A DNA stretch of 64,000 nt, taken from NCBI RefSeq assembly GCF_000026545.1, contig NC_011601.1; one strand, 5' to 3'. This DNA comes from Escherichia coli O127:H6 str. E2348/69 (lineage in GTDB: Bacteria; Pseudomonadota; Gammaproteobacteria; Enterobacterales; Enterobacteriaceae). This document shows, one piece after another, positions 10,983-22,869 of the stretch. A program made the position numbers and the translations under genes. Position 1 is the stretch's first letter. Every line of letters begins with the position of its first letter. Below the pieces are notes generated by a model. The model saw only the letters and a program-made list of their open reading frames with translations. It searched no databases and was not told the origin of the DNA.

Positions 10983-12695
10983 TTAATCCCACAAATCGCG
11001 CGCCGGATCGAGCACCGGGCGAATGATGCCCGCACGCACCGTAAAGTCGCCGAAGCCTTCACCCACTTCGCGCTCTTTCGCCCAGCGCCCTATCAGTTCA
11101 TCAAGCGACGCCAGGATTTCCGACTCGGTGATGTTTTCTTTATACATCCGTGGGATACGTGTCCCAATGCGGTTGCCGCCAAGATGCAGGTTGTAGCGAC
11201 CCGGCGCTTTCCCCACCAGACCCACTTCCGCCAGCATCGCGCGACCACAACCGTTCGGGCAGCCTGTTACACGCATCACGATATGCTCATCGCTGACACC
11301 ATGTTTCGCCATTAAATTATCGATGTTGTCGATAAAAGACGGCAGGAAACGCTCCGCTTCCGCCATCGCCAGCGGGCAAGTCGGGAATGACACGCAGGCC
11401 ATTGAGTTTTCACGCTGCGGCGTGACGGCATTCATTAACCCGCTCTCTTTGGCGATCTTCTCGATCTTCGCTTTCTCGCTTTCCGGCACGCCGGCGATGA
11501 TCAGATTCTGGTTCGCCGTAATGCGGAAATCACCTTTGTGGATCTTCGCGATCTCCAGCAGGCCAGTTTTCAGCGGGCGCCCCGGATAATCAAGAATTCG
11601 ACCATTTTCGATAAACAGCGTCAGGTGCCAGTTATCATCAATGCCCTTAACCCAGCCAATACGATCGCCGCGTCCGGTAAACTCATACGGGCGAATCGGC
11701 TCGAATTTGATCCCCGCGCGACGCTCAACTTCCGCTTTAAACGTCTCAACCCCCACGCGCTCCAGCGTGTATTTGGTTTTGGCATTTTTACGATCGGTTC
11801 GGTTACCCCAGTCACGCTGAGTCGTCACGACGGCTTCTGCCACCGCCAGCGTATGCTCCAGCGGCAGATAACCAAACTCACTCGCCGTGCGGGCGTAGGT
11901 TTTCTTGTTGCCGTGCTCGATGGAAAGCCCACCGCCCACCAGCAGGTTAAAGCCCACCAGCTTGCCGTTTTCGGCGATCGCCACGAAGTTCATGTCGTTG
12001 GCGTGCAGATCGATATCGTTCTGCGGCGGGATCACTACCGTGGTTTTGAACTTACGCGGCAAATAAGTCTGACCGAGGATCGGTTCTTCATCGGTGGTGG
12101 CGACTTTTTCCTGATCGAGCCAGATCTCCGCATACGCGCGGGTACGCGGCAGCAGATGTTCAGAAATTTTCTTCGCCCATTCATATGCTTCCGCATGCAG
12201 CTGCGACTCGTAAGGGTTCGAGGTGCAGAGTACGTTACGGTTCATGTCGTTGGCGGTCGCCAGCGCATCAAGACCGACCGAGTGCAGCATCTGATGCACC
12301 GGTTTGACGTTCTTTTTCAGAATGCCGTGGAACTGGAATGTCTGGCGGTTGGTCAGGCGAATGCTGCCATAGATGGTGTTTTCACCGGCAAATTTGTCGA
12401 TCGCCTGCCACTGTTTAGTGGTAATCACCCCACCCGGCAGACGACAGCGAAGCAGCATCGCGTGACGTGGTTCCAGCTTCTGTTCAGCACGTTCGGCGCG
12501 GATGTCGCGGTCATCCTGCTGATACATGCCGTGGAAGCGGATCAACAGGAAGTTATCACCCTTAAAGCCGCCGGTCAGACCGTCATTTAAATCTTCCGCA
12601 ATGGTGCCGCGCAGGTAGTTGCTTTCAAGCTTCATGCGCTCGGCGTCTGTCAGTTTTCCTTCGACCACTAAAGGTCCTGGATGTTTTTCGCTCAT
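10983..12695 (-). CDS. cysI: sulfite reductase hemoprotein beta subunit
   Basis: 570 aa; siroheme/4Fe-4S sulfite reductase motifs; stop overlaps cysH region and start overlaps cysJ stop. Confidence 0.9.
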
Positions 12696-14494
12696 TAGTA
12701 GACATCTCGCTGATAACGGCGCTCTACGCGCAGCTCACTTAAAAATTCATCCGCCGCTTCGGTGTCCATGCCACCAAATTCGGCAATCACTTCCAGAAGT
12801 GCCTGCTCAACGTCTTTCGCCATGCGATTAGCGTCGCCGCAGACATAAATGTGGGCACCGTCATTGATCCAGCGCCACAGCTCTGCGCCCTGTTCGCGCA
12901 GTTTGTCTTGTACGTAAATTTTTTCTTTTTGATCGCGCGACCAGGCGAGATCGATGCGCGTCAGCACGCCTTCTTTGACGTAACGCTGCCATTCCACCTG
13001 GTAGAGGAAATCTTCCGTAAAGTGTGGGTTGCCAAAGAATAGCCAGTTTTTACCCGGCGCTTCGTCGGCAGCACGCTGCTGCATAAAGGCACGGAACGGC
13101 GCGATGCCGGTGCCAGGGCCAATCATGATCACCGGGGTTTCCGGATTGGTTGGCAGGCGGAAGTTGTCGTTATGTTCGATAAAGACGCGGACTTCACCCT
13201 CTTCTTCCACACGATCCGCGAGGAAGCTGGAGGCACCACCGGCACGGGCGCGGCCTTCCACGTCGCAACGCACCACACCAACGGTAACGTGCACTTCGTT
13301 CTCGACTTCCGCCTGCGAGGAGGCGATGGAATACAGGCGCGGGGTCAGCGGGCGCAGCAGATTAATCAGCGCTTCGGCATCCAGTTGCGCCGGAGAGAAA
13401 CGCACCATGTCGACAATCGGCGTCGTCGCGGCGTAATGCTGTAATTTCGCTTTATCGCCCACCAGCGGCAGCAGCGTTTCGCTGCGGGTAAGCGTGGCAT
13501 AGTTCTCAACAATGTTGGCGGTGTTAACGGTCAGTTCGAAGTGCCACTGTAGCGCTTCGTTCAGAGGCAACGTTTTGCCCTCGACGGTGACAGGTTCATC
13601 GCCTTTCAGCCACAGCAGTTCGACAAGTTCTTTCACCAGTGCCGGATCGTTCTGATACCAGACGCCCAGCGCGTCACCCGGCTGGTAACGCAGGCCAGAG
13701 TCACCTAAGTCAATTTCAATGTGACGAACGTCTTTTTCAGAGTTACGCCCGGTAATTTTCTGGTTAACAGAGAGGCTCGCCACCAGCGGCGCGTCTTTGC
13801 TATACGGGCTGGTGTGGATTTCATTTACCGTGCCAGTAGCGACGGATTGCGAAGGTGCCGCGACAGGCGCACGCGATTTAAGCGCATCAACCACGCGGGC
13901 GCGCCACTCGCTGGCAGCAGCCTGGTATTCAACATCGGCATCGACACGGTCGAGCAGGCGTTCACCGCCCAGTTCCGCCAGCTTACTGTCAAAATCTTTC
14001 CCGGACTGGCAGAAAAATTCATAAGAGCTATCGCCGAGGCTAAACACGGCAAACGCGGTGTTTTCCAGCTTTGACGCTTTTTTGGAGAACAGGAACTTAT
14101 GCAGCGCGACGGCTTCTTCCGGCGGTTCCCCTTCCCCTTGCGTTGACGTCACCACGATAAGCAGTTTTTCGCTGGCGATTTGTTTGAATTTATAGTCACC
14201 CGCGTTCACCAGCTTAACGTTCAGTTTTGCCGCTAATAAATCATCGCGTAATGCTTCAGCAACCCGGCGCGCATTGCCGGTTTGCGAGGCGGAGATAATA
14301 GTTATACCCGGCATTTCTGCGGCGGGCGCTGGCGTCGCTGCAAGCGCAGCAGGCTGCTGGTTGAGCACGCCCCAGAAATAGCCAGAAACCCAGGCAAGCA
14401 GGGTAGGAGTTAAATCGGTCGTGGCCGCCTGAAGGCGTGCCAGTTGCTCCGGGTTCAACGGAAGCAACGCGGAAGGTGGGACCTGTGTCGTCAT
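12695..14494 (-). CDS. cysJ: sulfite reductase flavoprotein alpha subunit
   Basis: 599 aa, flavodoxin plus FAD/NADPH reductase domains. Confidence 0.9.
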   Translation of the reverse strand: MTTQVPPSALLPLNPEQLARLQAATTDLTPTLLAWVSGYFWGVLNQQPAALAATPAPAAEMPGITIISASQTGNARRVAEALRDDLLAAKLNVKLVNAGDYKFKQIASEKLLIVVTSTQGEGEPPEEAVALHKFLFSKKASKLENTAFAVFSLGDSSYEFFCQSGKDFDSKLAELGGERLLDRVDADVEYQAAASEWRARVVDALKSRAPVAAPSQSVATGTVNEIHTSPYSKDAPLVASLSVNQKITGRNSEKDVRHIEIDLGDSGLRYQPGDALGVWYQNDPALVKELVELLWLKGDEPVTVEGKTLPLNEALQWHFELTVNTANIVENYATLTRSETLLPLVGDKAKLQHYAATTPIVDMVRFSPAQLDAEALINLLRPLTPRLYSIASSQAEVENEVHVTVGVVRCDVEGRARAGGASSFLADRVEEEGEVRVFIEHNDNFRLPTNPETPVIMIGPGTGIAPFRAFMQQRAADEAPGKNWLFFGNPHFTEDFLYQVEWQRYVKEGVLTRIDLAWSRDQKEKIYVQDKLREQGAELWRWINDGAHIYVCGDANRMAKDVEQALLEVIAEFGGMDTEAADEFLSELRVERRYQRDVY

Positions 14495-14809
14495 GCGTTG
14501 TTATGTTCCAGTAAGCAAAGCTGTTTCTGCGCCCTGTCAGCGCCCATAAAACAGAAGAGAAGGTAAGGTTAACGGGGTGAACGGTGTGGATTAAAGACGG
14601 GATAGCGATAACTAATAACCAAATCGACTAACCTGTTTTAGCAATAGTCTTTAACAACAAAATAGATTAACCAACCCAATGAAAAACAAATGAATATTGC
14701 CCATCAATAAGATAAATCAGCGATTTTGCGCAACAAAGTCGTTTTAGATAATGCGAAAAAACAGCCTTTCCGGTACTCTACGGCGGTTTTATCGTCATGT
14801 AGAGAAATT

Positions 14810-15175
14810 ATGATGTCCACCACGTTATTTAAAGATTTCACCTTCGAAGCCGCTCACCGCTTGCCGCATGTCCCACAAGGGCATAAATGTGGTCGCCTGC
14901 ACGGGCATTCCTTTATGGTGCGACTGGAAATTACCGGGGAAGTCGATCCGCATACGGGCTGGATTATCGATTTCGCTGAACTGAAAGCGGCGTTTAAACC
15001 AACTTATGAGCGCCTCGATCACCATTATCTCAATGATATTCCAGGTCTGGAAAACCCAACCAGCGAAGTTTTAGCAAAATGGATTTGGGATCAGGTTAAA
15101 CCCGTTGTGCCGCTGTTAAGTGCGGTGATGGTAAAAGAAACCTGCACCGCAGGTTGTATCTATCGCGGCGAATGA
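14810..15175 (+). CDS. queD: 6-carboxy-5,6,7,8-tetrahydropterin synthase
   Basis: 121 aa from internal Met ([35 protein letters not shown]...), PTPS family Cys/His motifs. Confidence 0.85.
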   Translation: MMSTTLFKDFTFEAAHRLPHVPQGHKCGRLHGHSFMVRLEITGEVDPHTGWIIDFAELKAAFKPTYERLDHHYLNDIPGLENPTSEVLAKWIWDQVKPVVPLLSAVMVKETCTAGCIYRGE

Positions 15176-15252
15176 TAAGAGTGTGTCGGCGGTCAATTTC
15201 CCTTAAGTAACGCTATGTTAGGGTGTTGTGTTCTGGATATCTGGGGCATGAC

Positions 15253-16524
15253 ATGGAAGACGACTGCGACATTATTATTATCGGTGCCGGAATTGCTGGC
15301 ACCGCTTGCGCGTTACGCTGCGCGCGAGCGGGTTTATCCGTTTTGTTACTGGAACGAGCGGAGATTCCCGGCAGCAAAAATCTTTCCGGCGGGCGGCTAT
15401 ACACTCATGCGCTCGCGGAACTCCTCCCGCAATTTCACCTGACCGCGCCTCTTGAACGACGCATCACTCACGAAAGTCTTTCTCTGTTAACGCAAGATGG
15501 CGCAACGACGTTTTCCAGCTTACAGCCCGGCGGTGAATCCTGGAGTGTATTACGTGCACGATTCGATCCGTGGCTGGTTGCCGAAGCCGAAAAAGAAGGT
15601 GTCGAATGCATCCCCGGTGCGACGGTAGATGCACTGTATGAAGAAAACGGCAGGGTGTGTGGTGTCATTTGTGGTGACGATATTCTTCGCGCCCGTTATG
15701 TGGTGCTGGCAGAAGGTGCCAACAGCGTCCTGGCGGAACGCCACGGGTTAGTGACTCGTCCTGCTGGCGAAGCGATGGCATTGGGGATCAAAGAAGCGCT
15801 GGCGCTGGAACCATCCGCTATTGAAGAACGTTTTCATCTGGAGAATAACGAAGGCGCAGCGTTGCTGTTCAGCGGCGGAATCTGTGATGACTTACCCGGC
15901 GGCGCATTTCTTTATACTAATCAACAAACGCTCTCGTTAGGGATTGTTTGCCCGCTCTCCTCCCTTACGCAAAGTCGTGTTCCGGCAAGCGAGCTGCTGG
16001 CTCGCTTTAAAACGCATCCGGCAGTGCGCCCGCTTATCAAAAACACGGAATCACTGGAGTATGGTGCGCATCTGGTGCCAGAAGGTGGCCTGCGCAGTAT
16101 GCCGGTGCAATACGCCGGTAACGGCTGGCTGCTGGTGGGCGATGCGTTGCGCAGTTGCGTCAATACCGGAATTTCCGTGCGCGGTATGGATATGGCGCTA
16201 ACTGGCGCGCAGGCGGCGGCACAAACGCTGATAAGCGCCTGCCAGCACCGCGAGCCGCAAAATCTGTTTCCGCTTTATCATCACAACGTAGAGCGCAGCC
16301 TGCTGTGGGATGTTCTACAGCGTTATCAGCATGTTCCGGCGCTTTTGCAACGCCCTGGCTGGTATCGGGTGTGGCCTGGGTTAATGCAGGATATTTCCCG
16401 TGATTTATGGGATCAGGGGAATACACCTGTTCCACCGCTGCGCCAGTTGCTCTGGCGTCATTTACGTCGTCACGGCCTGTGGCATCTGACGGGCGATGTT
16501 ATCAGGAGTCTGCGATGTCTGTAG
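15253..16524 (+). CDS. ygcN: FAD-dependent oxidoreductase, FixC/ETF-QO-like
   Basis: 423 aa from Met 11 of track ORF; Rossmann GxGxxG (DIIIIGAGIAG). Confidence 0.8.
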   Translation: MEDDCDIIIIGAGIAGTACALRCARAGLSVLLLERAEIPGSKNLSGGRLYTHALAELLPQFHLTAPLERRITHESLSLLTQDGATTFSSLQPGGESWSVLRARFDPWLVAEAEKEGVECIPGATVDALYEENGRVCGVICGDDILRARYVVLAEGANSVLAERHGLVTRPAGEAMALGIKEALALEPSAIEERFHLENNEGAALLFSGGICDDLPGGAFLYTNQQTLSLGIVCPLSSLTQSRVPASELLARFKTHPAVRPLIKNTESLEYGAHLVPEGGLRSMPVQYAGNGWLLVGDALRSCVNTGISVRGMDMALTGAQAAAQTLISACQHREPQNLFPLYHHNVERSLLWDVLQRYQHVPALLQRPGWYRVWPGLMQDISRDLWDQGNTPVPPLRQLLWRHLRRHGLWHLTGDVIRSLRCL

Positions 16525-16775
16525 CCCGTAATCTCTGGCGCGCTGCCGATGCGCCGCACATTGTTCCGGCTGACTCCGTTGAGCGCCAGACGGCACAACG
16601 GTTGATTAACGCCTGTCCAGCAGGTCTTTTTTCGCTCACACCTGAAGGTGGCTTACGTGTTGATTATCACGGCTGCCTGGAGTGTGGCGCCTGCCGTTTG
16701 CTGTGCGACGAATCAACACTACAACAGTGGCGCTATCCGCCTTCCGGATTCGGCATCACCTACCGCTTTGGATAA
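16515..16775 (+). CDS. ygcO: ferredoxin-like protein, FixX-like
   Basis: 86 aa MSVARNLWRAADAPHIVPADSVE... with Cys cluster; overlaps ygcN end. Confidence 0.75.
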   Translation: MSVARNLWRAADAPHIVPADSVERQTAQRLINACPAGLFSLTPEGGLRVDYHGCLECGACRLLCDESTLQQWRYPPSGFGITYRFG

Positions 16776-16791
16776 ATAATAAGGATAATTT

Positions 16792-17367
16792 ATGCCCCTC
16801 TTACACCTGCTCCGCCAGAATCCGGTGATTGCTGCCGTTAAAGATAATGCCAGCCTGCAACTGGCAATCGACTCTGAATGCCAGTTTATTTCCGTGTTGT
16901 ACGGCAATATCTGCACCATTAGTAATATCGTTAAAAAGATTAAGAACGCCGGGAAATATGCTTTTATTCATGTTGATTTGCTGGAAGGCGCGTCAAATAA
17001 AGAAGTGGTGATTCAGTTTTTGAAACTGGTGACCGAGGCGGACGGAATTATCAGTACCAAAGCCTCAATGCTGAAAGCAGCAAGAGCGGAAGGTTTTTTC
17101 TGTATTCATCGACTGTTTATTGTTGATTCGATTTCGTTTCACAACATTGATAAGCAAGTTGCGCAATCGAATCCGGATTGTATTGAGATCCTGCCAGGCT
17201 GCATGCCTAAAGTGCTGGGCTGGGTGACGGACAAAATCCGCCAACCGCTGATTGCTGGCGGGCTGGTGTGCGATGAAGAAGATGCGCGTAATGCGATTAA
17301 CGCGGGTGTTGTGGCGCTTTCCACCACGAATACTGGGGTCTGGACGTTAGCGAAAAAATTGCTTTGA
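16792..17367 (+). CDS. ygcP: GlpP-family (glycerol-3-phosphate responsive antiterminator-like) protein
   Basis: 191-aa ORF in the K-12 ygcP position. Confidence 0.75.
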   Translation: MPLLHLLRQNPVIAAVKDNASLQLAIDSECQFISVLYGNICTISNIVKKIKNAGKYAFIHVDLLEGASNKEVVIQFLKLVTEADGIISTKASMLKAARAEGFFCIHRLFIVDSISFHNIDKQVAQSNPDCIEILPGCMPKVLGWVTDKIRQPLIAGGLVCDEEDARNAINAGVVALSTTNTGVWTLAKKLL

Positions 17368-17403
17368 CGGGATAATCGTAACAAGTTGAATTTGGTGTGA
17401 TTT

Positions 17404-17473
17404 GTAGGCTGCACGCCACATCCGACATCCAGCGCCTGATGCGACGCTTGACGCGTCTTATCAGGCCTACAAG
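17404..17473. repeat. BIME (two REP units in inverted orientation) between ygcP and ygcQ
   Basis: tgtaggctgcacgccacatccgacatc ... gcctgatgcgacgcttgacgcgtcttatcaggcctacaag. Confidence 0.6.
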
Positions 17474-17514
17474 TCCCCAGCCCAGAACCATCGGCAGGAT
17501 CATCCGGCAGCACG

Positions 17515-18375
17515 TTATTGGCAATCTGCGTGAATGTTTGTCACCAGTGCCTCCAGCACCACTTTCCAGTCATCAATCACGCCAACATCTGCCTGTGAAA
17601 ATACCGCTGCACTGGCGTCATGATTAATCGCCACCACAAACTTGCTATTGCGTACGCCCGCCATTAACGCTGCTGCGCCGGAAGCGCCAACAACAATACA
17701 CACCTCAGGTGCCAGCAGATGTCCGGAAATACCAATCACTTTTTCGGCATCAACGCCACCGTTCATCACTCGTGCCCGACTGTAGCCCACTTCGGCTCCC
17801 ATCTTTTCTGCCAGCATAGCGATTTCCTGGTTATCTGCCTCTCCGCCCTGCCCCACCACCAGCACCCGTCTGGCCTCAGCTAATGGGTCACGGGTAACAT
17901 TTTTCAGGTTTTCTATGCTGATAAGCCAGTCTGGAAGCGCGCCGGGGACAATGTTCAGTTGCTGCATCCCAGAGGGCAACGTGGCGTTTTTATCTGCTCC
18001 CGCCTGACGTGCCAGCGAAAGGCATAGCGGGCGTTTTTCTGTTTGCAGCGTCGCCGTTAGCGCATTTCCCCAGTGGGATTTGCGCACGCTTACGGTTGGA
18101 ATATCTAACGAAGTCACCTGGCAGATGCTTGCACCATGTAAACGCCAGGCCAGCCGGGTCGACAGTTCATCGCCAAACGTTCCCGGCGGAAAGAGAACAA
18201 CGTCCGCAGGCGTTCGTTGCCACTGTTCCACCAGCACATCCAGCACCTGTTCCGCAACCATCGGCTGTGGTTCTATTTGCCAATGTGCCAGGGTACAACC
18301 GCTGAAATCCTGCGCCGCCAGCCAGCTCGCTATTGCGGCATGTTCCTGATTTATTGTCACAATTGCGATATTCAT
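17515..18375 (-). CDS. ygcQ: electron transfer flavoprotein alpha-subunit-like
   Basis: 286 aa from internal Met MNIAIVTINQ...; ETF alpha FAD-binding C-terminal region. Confidence 0.8.
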   Translation of the reverse strand: MNIAIVTINQEHAAIASWLAAQDFSGCTLAHWQIEPQPMVAEQVLDVLVEQWQRTPADVVLFPPGTFGDELSTRLAWRLHGASICQVTSLDIPTVSVRKSHWGNALTATLQTEKRPLCLSLARQAGADKNATLPSGMQQLNIVPGALPDWLISIENLKNVTRDPLAEARRVLVVGQGGEADNQEIAMLAEKMGAEVGYSRARVMNGGVDAEKVIGISGHLLAPEVCIVVGASGAAALMAGVRNSKFVVAINHDASAAVFSQADVGVIDDWKVVLEALVTNIHADCQ

Positions 18376-19151
18376 GGCTGCATCCTTTGGCGTAAATAGT
18401 CCTGCCATAGCTTTTGCGCTTTTTCTGCTACCGTTTGCCCATCAATCAGCGCCGCTCTGCGTCGTTGCTCTGGCCTTGCCAGTTGCAGGCACTGTATCGC
18501 TGGCGCTTCCGCGGCAACAGTTTCGCGGGTAATCTCCGCTTTCCCCGCCGCCATTCGCTGGCGCATTCCCGGTACTGGCAAGGCCACTTCACCACACTGA
18601 CGCACGGCAATCACCGCAGGCAAGCGAACCCGGCAACAGCGTACCCCATGTTCAGTACGCTGTTCGAGGGTGATAAACGGTGCGTCGAGAGTAAAGCGCT
18701 CCACCTGGGTGAAGCAGGGCCAGACCAGCATTTCCGCCAGCAAAAATGGCGTTTGCCCATTCTGCCCTTCGCTGCTTTGGCAGCCAGTAATTATCAGATC
18801 CAGCGGATTCTGGTACTGCCATTCGGCAATATGGCGAGCGACAAATTCCGGCGCAAAGCACAGATCTGCCGCCGTCTCCAGCAATACAGCGTCCTCAAAC
18901 CCAAGAGCCATGAGATAGCGCAGCCAGTGCAACGCCCGTTCATCCCCCATGCTCAACGCGGTTAAAGACATCGGCGTACCGTTTTTTCTCTGCGCCAACA
19001 GCAGCGCGGCGGCAGCCTGTTCATCGGCACCGAGTAAACTTCGCAGAAGCGAAACATCCGGTCCGATATTACCCTGAGCCGCCGCCTGCCACTCTTTTTC
19101 CGCCAGCATTCCGGCATCCGGTTCGGCTTTAAACGCTAACAGAATGTTCAT
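18372..19151 (-). CDS. ygcR: electron transfer flavoprotein beta-subunit-like
   Basis: 259 aa MNILLAFKAEPD...; overlaps ygcQ start. Confidence 0.8.
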   Translation of the reverse strand: MNILLAFKAEPDAGMLAEKEWQAAAQGNIGPDVSLLRSLLGADEQAAAALLLAQRKNGTPMSLTALSMGDERALHWLRYLMALGFEDAVLLETAADLCFAPEFVARHIAEWQYQNPLDLIITGCQSSEGQNGQTPFLLAEMLVWPCFTQVERFTLDAPFITLEQRTEHGVRCCRVRLPAVIAVRQCGEVALPVPGMRQRMAAGKAEITRETVAAEAPAIQCLQLARPEQRRRAALIDGQTVAEKAQKLWQDYLRQRMQP

Positions 19152-20466
19152 TCGCACCTCCTACATTTCCCGCCGCCACCAGCGGGAGTGCTTTGGTTTC
19201 TGGTGCCCATAGCCAGGTCACAACAAAACCAACCAACAACACTGCCGCCAGGAGCAATAAGGTGACTTGCATTCCCCACTGCGCCAGCACCCACGGCAGC
19301 AGGCCCGTACTTACTGCCGCGCCCAACCGACTCATGGCGGTGGCAAAACCGACGCCCAGCGAGCGAATGTCAGTAGGAAAACTTTCCGCAGGCAAAATGC
19401 CCACCAGATTACTGACTGCCGAAATGGTGGTGCTGAAGAGAACAAAAAGCAGCAGCGTTAATGAACTGCCGGAAGGCAAACAGGCCATCACTACCAGCGT
19501 TGCCGCCAGCAGCAAAAAACTTCCCAGTAAAAATCTGCGATGTGCCAGCAGGTGCGTCAGAACTAATCCCAGCAGCGCGCCCACAATTAACAACGCATTA
19601 AGCATCAGGCTGGCAGTCAGCGCATCTTCCAGACCAATAGTTTGGGCGATGGTCGGCAGCCAGGTATAAATCACAAACCATGGGATTACGAGGCAGACAA
19701 AGAAGACGCTGTTAAACGCCGTGCGCCGCCAGTAGCGCGAAGAGAACAAGGTTTTGATGTGTTTATGGGTCGCCGTTGCCACTTCATCGCCCAGTAAAAC
19801 ATGCGGGCCAAAATAGCGATGAACGATAGCGTGAGCTTCTGCAAAACGCCCCTGGCGCAGTAGCCAGCGTGGCGATTCCGGCGTGCCCCAACGTAGCAGC
19901 GTAATCAGCAAAGCTGGTAACGCCGCTGATGCCAGCAGCCAGCGCCAGGCCTCCGGGCTTTCGGAAATAAAGTGATGTCCGGCAATACTTGCCAGCACAT
20001 AGCCTACGGTCCACACCACACTGAATGCGCCCAGCAAAATACCGCGATGGCGGCGCGGGGAAAATTCAGCCAGCAAGGTGTGACCGACTGAGTAATCGCC
20101 TCCCAGACCAATGCCGATCAAAATGCGCAATCCAATAAGATGCTCTGGCGTGGTGGCAAAAAATTGCAAGAACGAAGCGAGCGTAATCAGCATAAAACTG
20201 AAGGTGAAGATTTTTTGCCGCCCGATATGGTCGGAGATCCACCCCAAAACCAGGCTGCCAAGAAACAAACCAAGTAACGCCGAGCCGCCGATCATTCCCG
20301 CCATAAACGGCGTCAGTTGCATGGCGGGCGTAAGCTGAATAATGGCGTAACCAATGACGCCGAGAACATAACCGTCGGTCAGGTGTGCGCCGAAAGTGAG
20401 CGCAGCAATGCGGCAGTGAAAACGGTTAAGTGGTAAATCATCCATTCGCACCGGTGAAGTGTTCAT
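19129..20466 (-). CDS. ygcS: MFS transporter
   Basis: 445 aa from internal Met MNTSPVRMDD...; 12-TM hydrophobic profile. Confidence 0.8.
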   Translation of the reverse strand: MNTSPVRMDDLPLNRFHCRIAALTFGAHLTDGYVLGVIGYAIIQLTPAMQLTPFMAGMIGGSALLGLFLGSLVLGWISDHIGRQKIFTFSFMLITLASFLQFFATTPEHLIGLRILIGIGLGGDYSVGHTLLAEFSPRRHRGILLGAFSVVWTVGYVLASIAGHHFISESPEAWRWLLASAALPALLITLLRWGTPESPRWLLRQGRFAEAHAIVHRYFGPHVLLGDEVATATHKHIKTLFSSRYWRRTAFNSVFFVCLVIPWFVIYTWLPTIAQTIGLEDALTASLMLNALLIVGALLGLVLTHLLAHRRFLLGSFLLLAATLVVMACLPSGSSLTLLLFVLFSTTISAVSNLVGILPAESFPTDIRSLGVGFATAMSRLGAAVSTGLLPWVLAQWGMQVTLLLLAAVLLVGFVVTWLWAPETKALPLVAAGNVGGANEHSVSV

Positions 20467-20559
20467 CTTTACCCCTTCATTGTCCGGTAATAAGAACGGC
20501 TTCTCGCCTGAGAAGCCGAAAAGGCAACGCCCTGTCATCGAGGAACGCTGCCTCACACA

Positions 20560-22014
20560 TTATTTTTCAATCGGATAGATAGTACCCGTATTCATAATGC
20601 CGTTAGGATCGAACTGTTTTTTCAGACCTTCCAGCAACGTCCACGCGCTGCCGTGTTCCAGTTTGCTCCAGTGAACGCGATGTTTACCGATACCGTGGTG
20701 GTGCACCATCGAACCGCCGAGACGAATGGTTTCTTCGCAGATGATTTTGTTGAGCGGATTGTGGTACTTGTCGATTTCCTCTTCCGGCTTACAGTCAACG
20801 ACGTTGTAGTCGTAGACGAAGTACATGTTGGTGCCGTTCTGATAGCTATGAGAGGAGTGACCGCCCAGCATGGTGATGTCGTCGGCGTGCGGGAACTCGG
20901 TACGAATACGGTTAATAACGCTTTCGTAGATTTCGTGAATGCAGCTCCAGCAGCCGGACACTTCAGTGGTAAAGCCCATGTTGCCGGTTTTGAGGATCTG
21001 CACACGTTCGGCAGCCACTTTATCCGGTCCCCAGTTCAGGTTGTTAAACCAGGTTTCGATCAGCTTGCTGTCCACGCGCTGGCACTGCGGGTAGCACGCC
21101 ACGATTTCAGCAATCCCTTCACCCGTCGCCTTCGCAATGCGAGGGTTACCTTCAGCCATAAAGATCAGCACGCATTTGCCGTCGGCAAAATGGGTGAAGT
21201 GTTGGGTGCCATCTTCAGCATCATACAAACGAGCAATCGACGGACGATACCCTTCCACCATGATTTCACGCAGGATGTTGAAGCCGGTTTTCATGTCTTC
21301 CAGCACATAGCCATAGAAGAGATTGTTTTCCGGCGTAAATTTGAAGATTTTCACTGTGACTTCAGTGATATAGCACAGTGCACCTTCGTTGCCGATGATG
21401 ATATGACGAATGTCCGGGCCAGCCGCGCGACGTGGCACGTTTTTAATGCGTGTGACGGTGCCATCTGCCAGCACCGCTTCCAGACCAACGACCATATCCT
21501 CGATTGCGCCGTAGAGTGTGGAAAACTGCCCGATACTGCGGGTCGCCACCAGGCCGCCCATCTGCGCCAGCGGCTTTGACTGCGGAGAATGCCCCGTGGT
21601 GTAACCTTTTTCACGCAGCGCGTTTTCCAGCACCTCCAGCGGAACGCCACATTGCGCCGTGGCCTGCATATTCTCAATATCAATATTAATGATTTGATTC
21701 ATGGCGGAGCCGTCGAGCACCACCGAGTTTTCCACAACGGTTTCCAGCCCACCTTCGGTGGCGGAAGCACCGGTACGTGGCACACCGTTAATTTTGTGCG
21801 CATTCATAAAATTCAGCACACGGGATACTTGTTCTGTGGAACCGAGTTTTACGACCGCTGCCGGAATTGGCAAAGTATAAATGCCATGAATATCCGGAAA
21901 TTTACGAAAACGGTCAATACTGTTCTTCTTTAATACTGTTTCATCGGTAATTACGCGATCTGCACCAACAATTTCCTTTAGCTGGTCGACAATCGCTACG
22001 CGAGATAAAGACAT
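20560..22014 (-). CDS. ygcU: FAD-linked oxidase (GlcD / alkyl-DHAP-synthase-like)
   Basis: 484 aa, FAD_binding_4-like N-terminus. Confidence 0.8.
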   Translation of the reverse strand: MSLSRVAIVDQLKEIVGADRVITDETVLKKNSIDRFRKFPDIHGIYTLPIPAAVVKLGSTEQVSRVLNFMNAHKINGVPRTGASATEGGLETVVENSVVLDGSAMNQIINIDIENMQATAQCGVPLEVLENALREKGYTTGHSPQSKPLAQMGGLVATRSIGQFSTLYGAIEDMVVGLEAVLADGTVTRIKNVPRRAAGPDIRHIIIGNEGALCYITEVTVKIFKFTPENNLFYGYVLEDMKTGFNILREIMVEGYRPSIARLYDAEDGTQHFTHFADGKCVLIFMAEGNPRIAKATGEGIAEIVACYPQCQRVDSKLIETWFNNLNWGPDKVAAERVQILKTGNMGFTTEVSGCWSCIHEIYESVINRIRTEFPHADDITMLGGHSSHSYQNGTNMYFVYDYNVVDCKPEEEIDKYHNPLNKIICEETIRLGGSMVHHHGIGKHRVHWSKLEHGSAWTLLEGLKKQFDPNGIMNTGTIYPIEK

Positions 22015-22083
22015 AGTAATTCCTTCCTGATAATAAAAATGGAATAGTTATTAATAAGAGAAAACAGAAACCACCGTTATGAA

Positions 22084-22869
22084 TTAGCGCACTAAATAAC
22101 CGCCATCAACCACTAATAAATGTCCGTTGACATAATTCGATGCCGGACTTGCGAGGAATACGGCTGCACCCATTAAATCCTGAGTATCACCCCAACGGTT
22201 TGCCGGAATATGATCAAGAACACGCTGGTTAGTTTCTGGATTACTACGGGTCGCCAGCGTAATATCGGTTGCATAATAACCAGGAGCAATACCATTCACC
22301 TGAATATTATATTGGCCTAATTCATCGCAATAGGCTTTGGTGAATCCGGCAAGAGCATGTTTAGTGGCAGAATAAGCAGGTGACCATTGACCACCTAAGT
22401 AAGAGAACAATGAACAGATATTAATGATTTTACCGCTTTTCTGCGGGATCATAATTTTTGCCGCTTCGTAGCTTAACTCGAATGCGGCGGTCAGGTTCAC
22501 GTCAATCATCGGGTCCCAGTCGGCACGACCAAAGTCCAGCACCTTATTCAGCTTACAAATACCGGCATTGTTAACCAGAATATCTACGGTACCGAAGCGC
22601 TCACAGCAGGCAGCGATAATCTTCTGCGGCGCGCCTTCTGCGGTGATATCCACCTGCATAAAATCAACTTCGACACCCTGTTTTTCAATCATTTCCTTTG
22701 TTTCGCCGTTATCTTTGACGAAACTAGGAATAAAGACATTTGCGCCAGCTTTGGCCAACGCCATGGCAAATGCCTGGCCTAAACCGCTATTCCCGCCAGT
22801 AACAATTGCTGTTTTACCTTTCAGGGAGAAAAAATCCATTGAGAACGCATTGAGAGATTCGATTGACAT
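22084..22869 (-). CDS. ygcW: short-chain dehydrogenase/reductase
   Basis: 261 aa from internal Met MSIESLNAF...; TGGNSGLG cofactor motif, YxxxK. Confidence 0.8.
   Translation of the reverse strand: MSIESLNAFSMDFFSLKGKTAIVTGGNSGLGQAFAMALAKAGANVFIPSFVKDNGETKEMIEKQGVEVDFMQVDITAEGAPQKIIAACCERFGTVDILVNNAGICKLNKVLDFGRADWDPMIDVNLTAAFELSYEAAKIMIPQKSGKIINICSLFSYLGGQWSPAYSATKHALAGFTKAYCDELGQYNIQVNGIAPGYYATDITLATRSNPETNQRVLDHIPANRWGDTQDLMGAAVFLASPASNYVNGHLLVVDGGYLVR

Noticed and set aside
11538-12590. 350-aa plus-strand ORF
   Set aside because: Entirely antisense within cysI. Long antisense frames of this kind recur at 20653..21579 in ygcU, 34783..35778 in eno, 46437..47363 and 47360..48070 in gudD/gudX, and 56152..57708 opposite sdaC. 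No start context or homology supports any of them.
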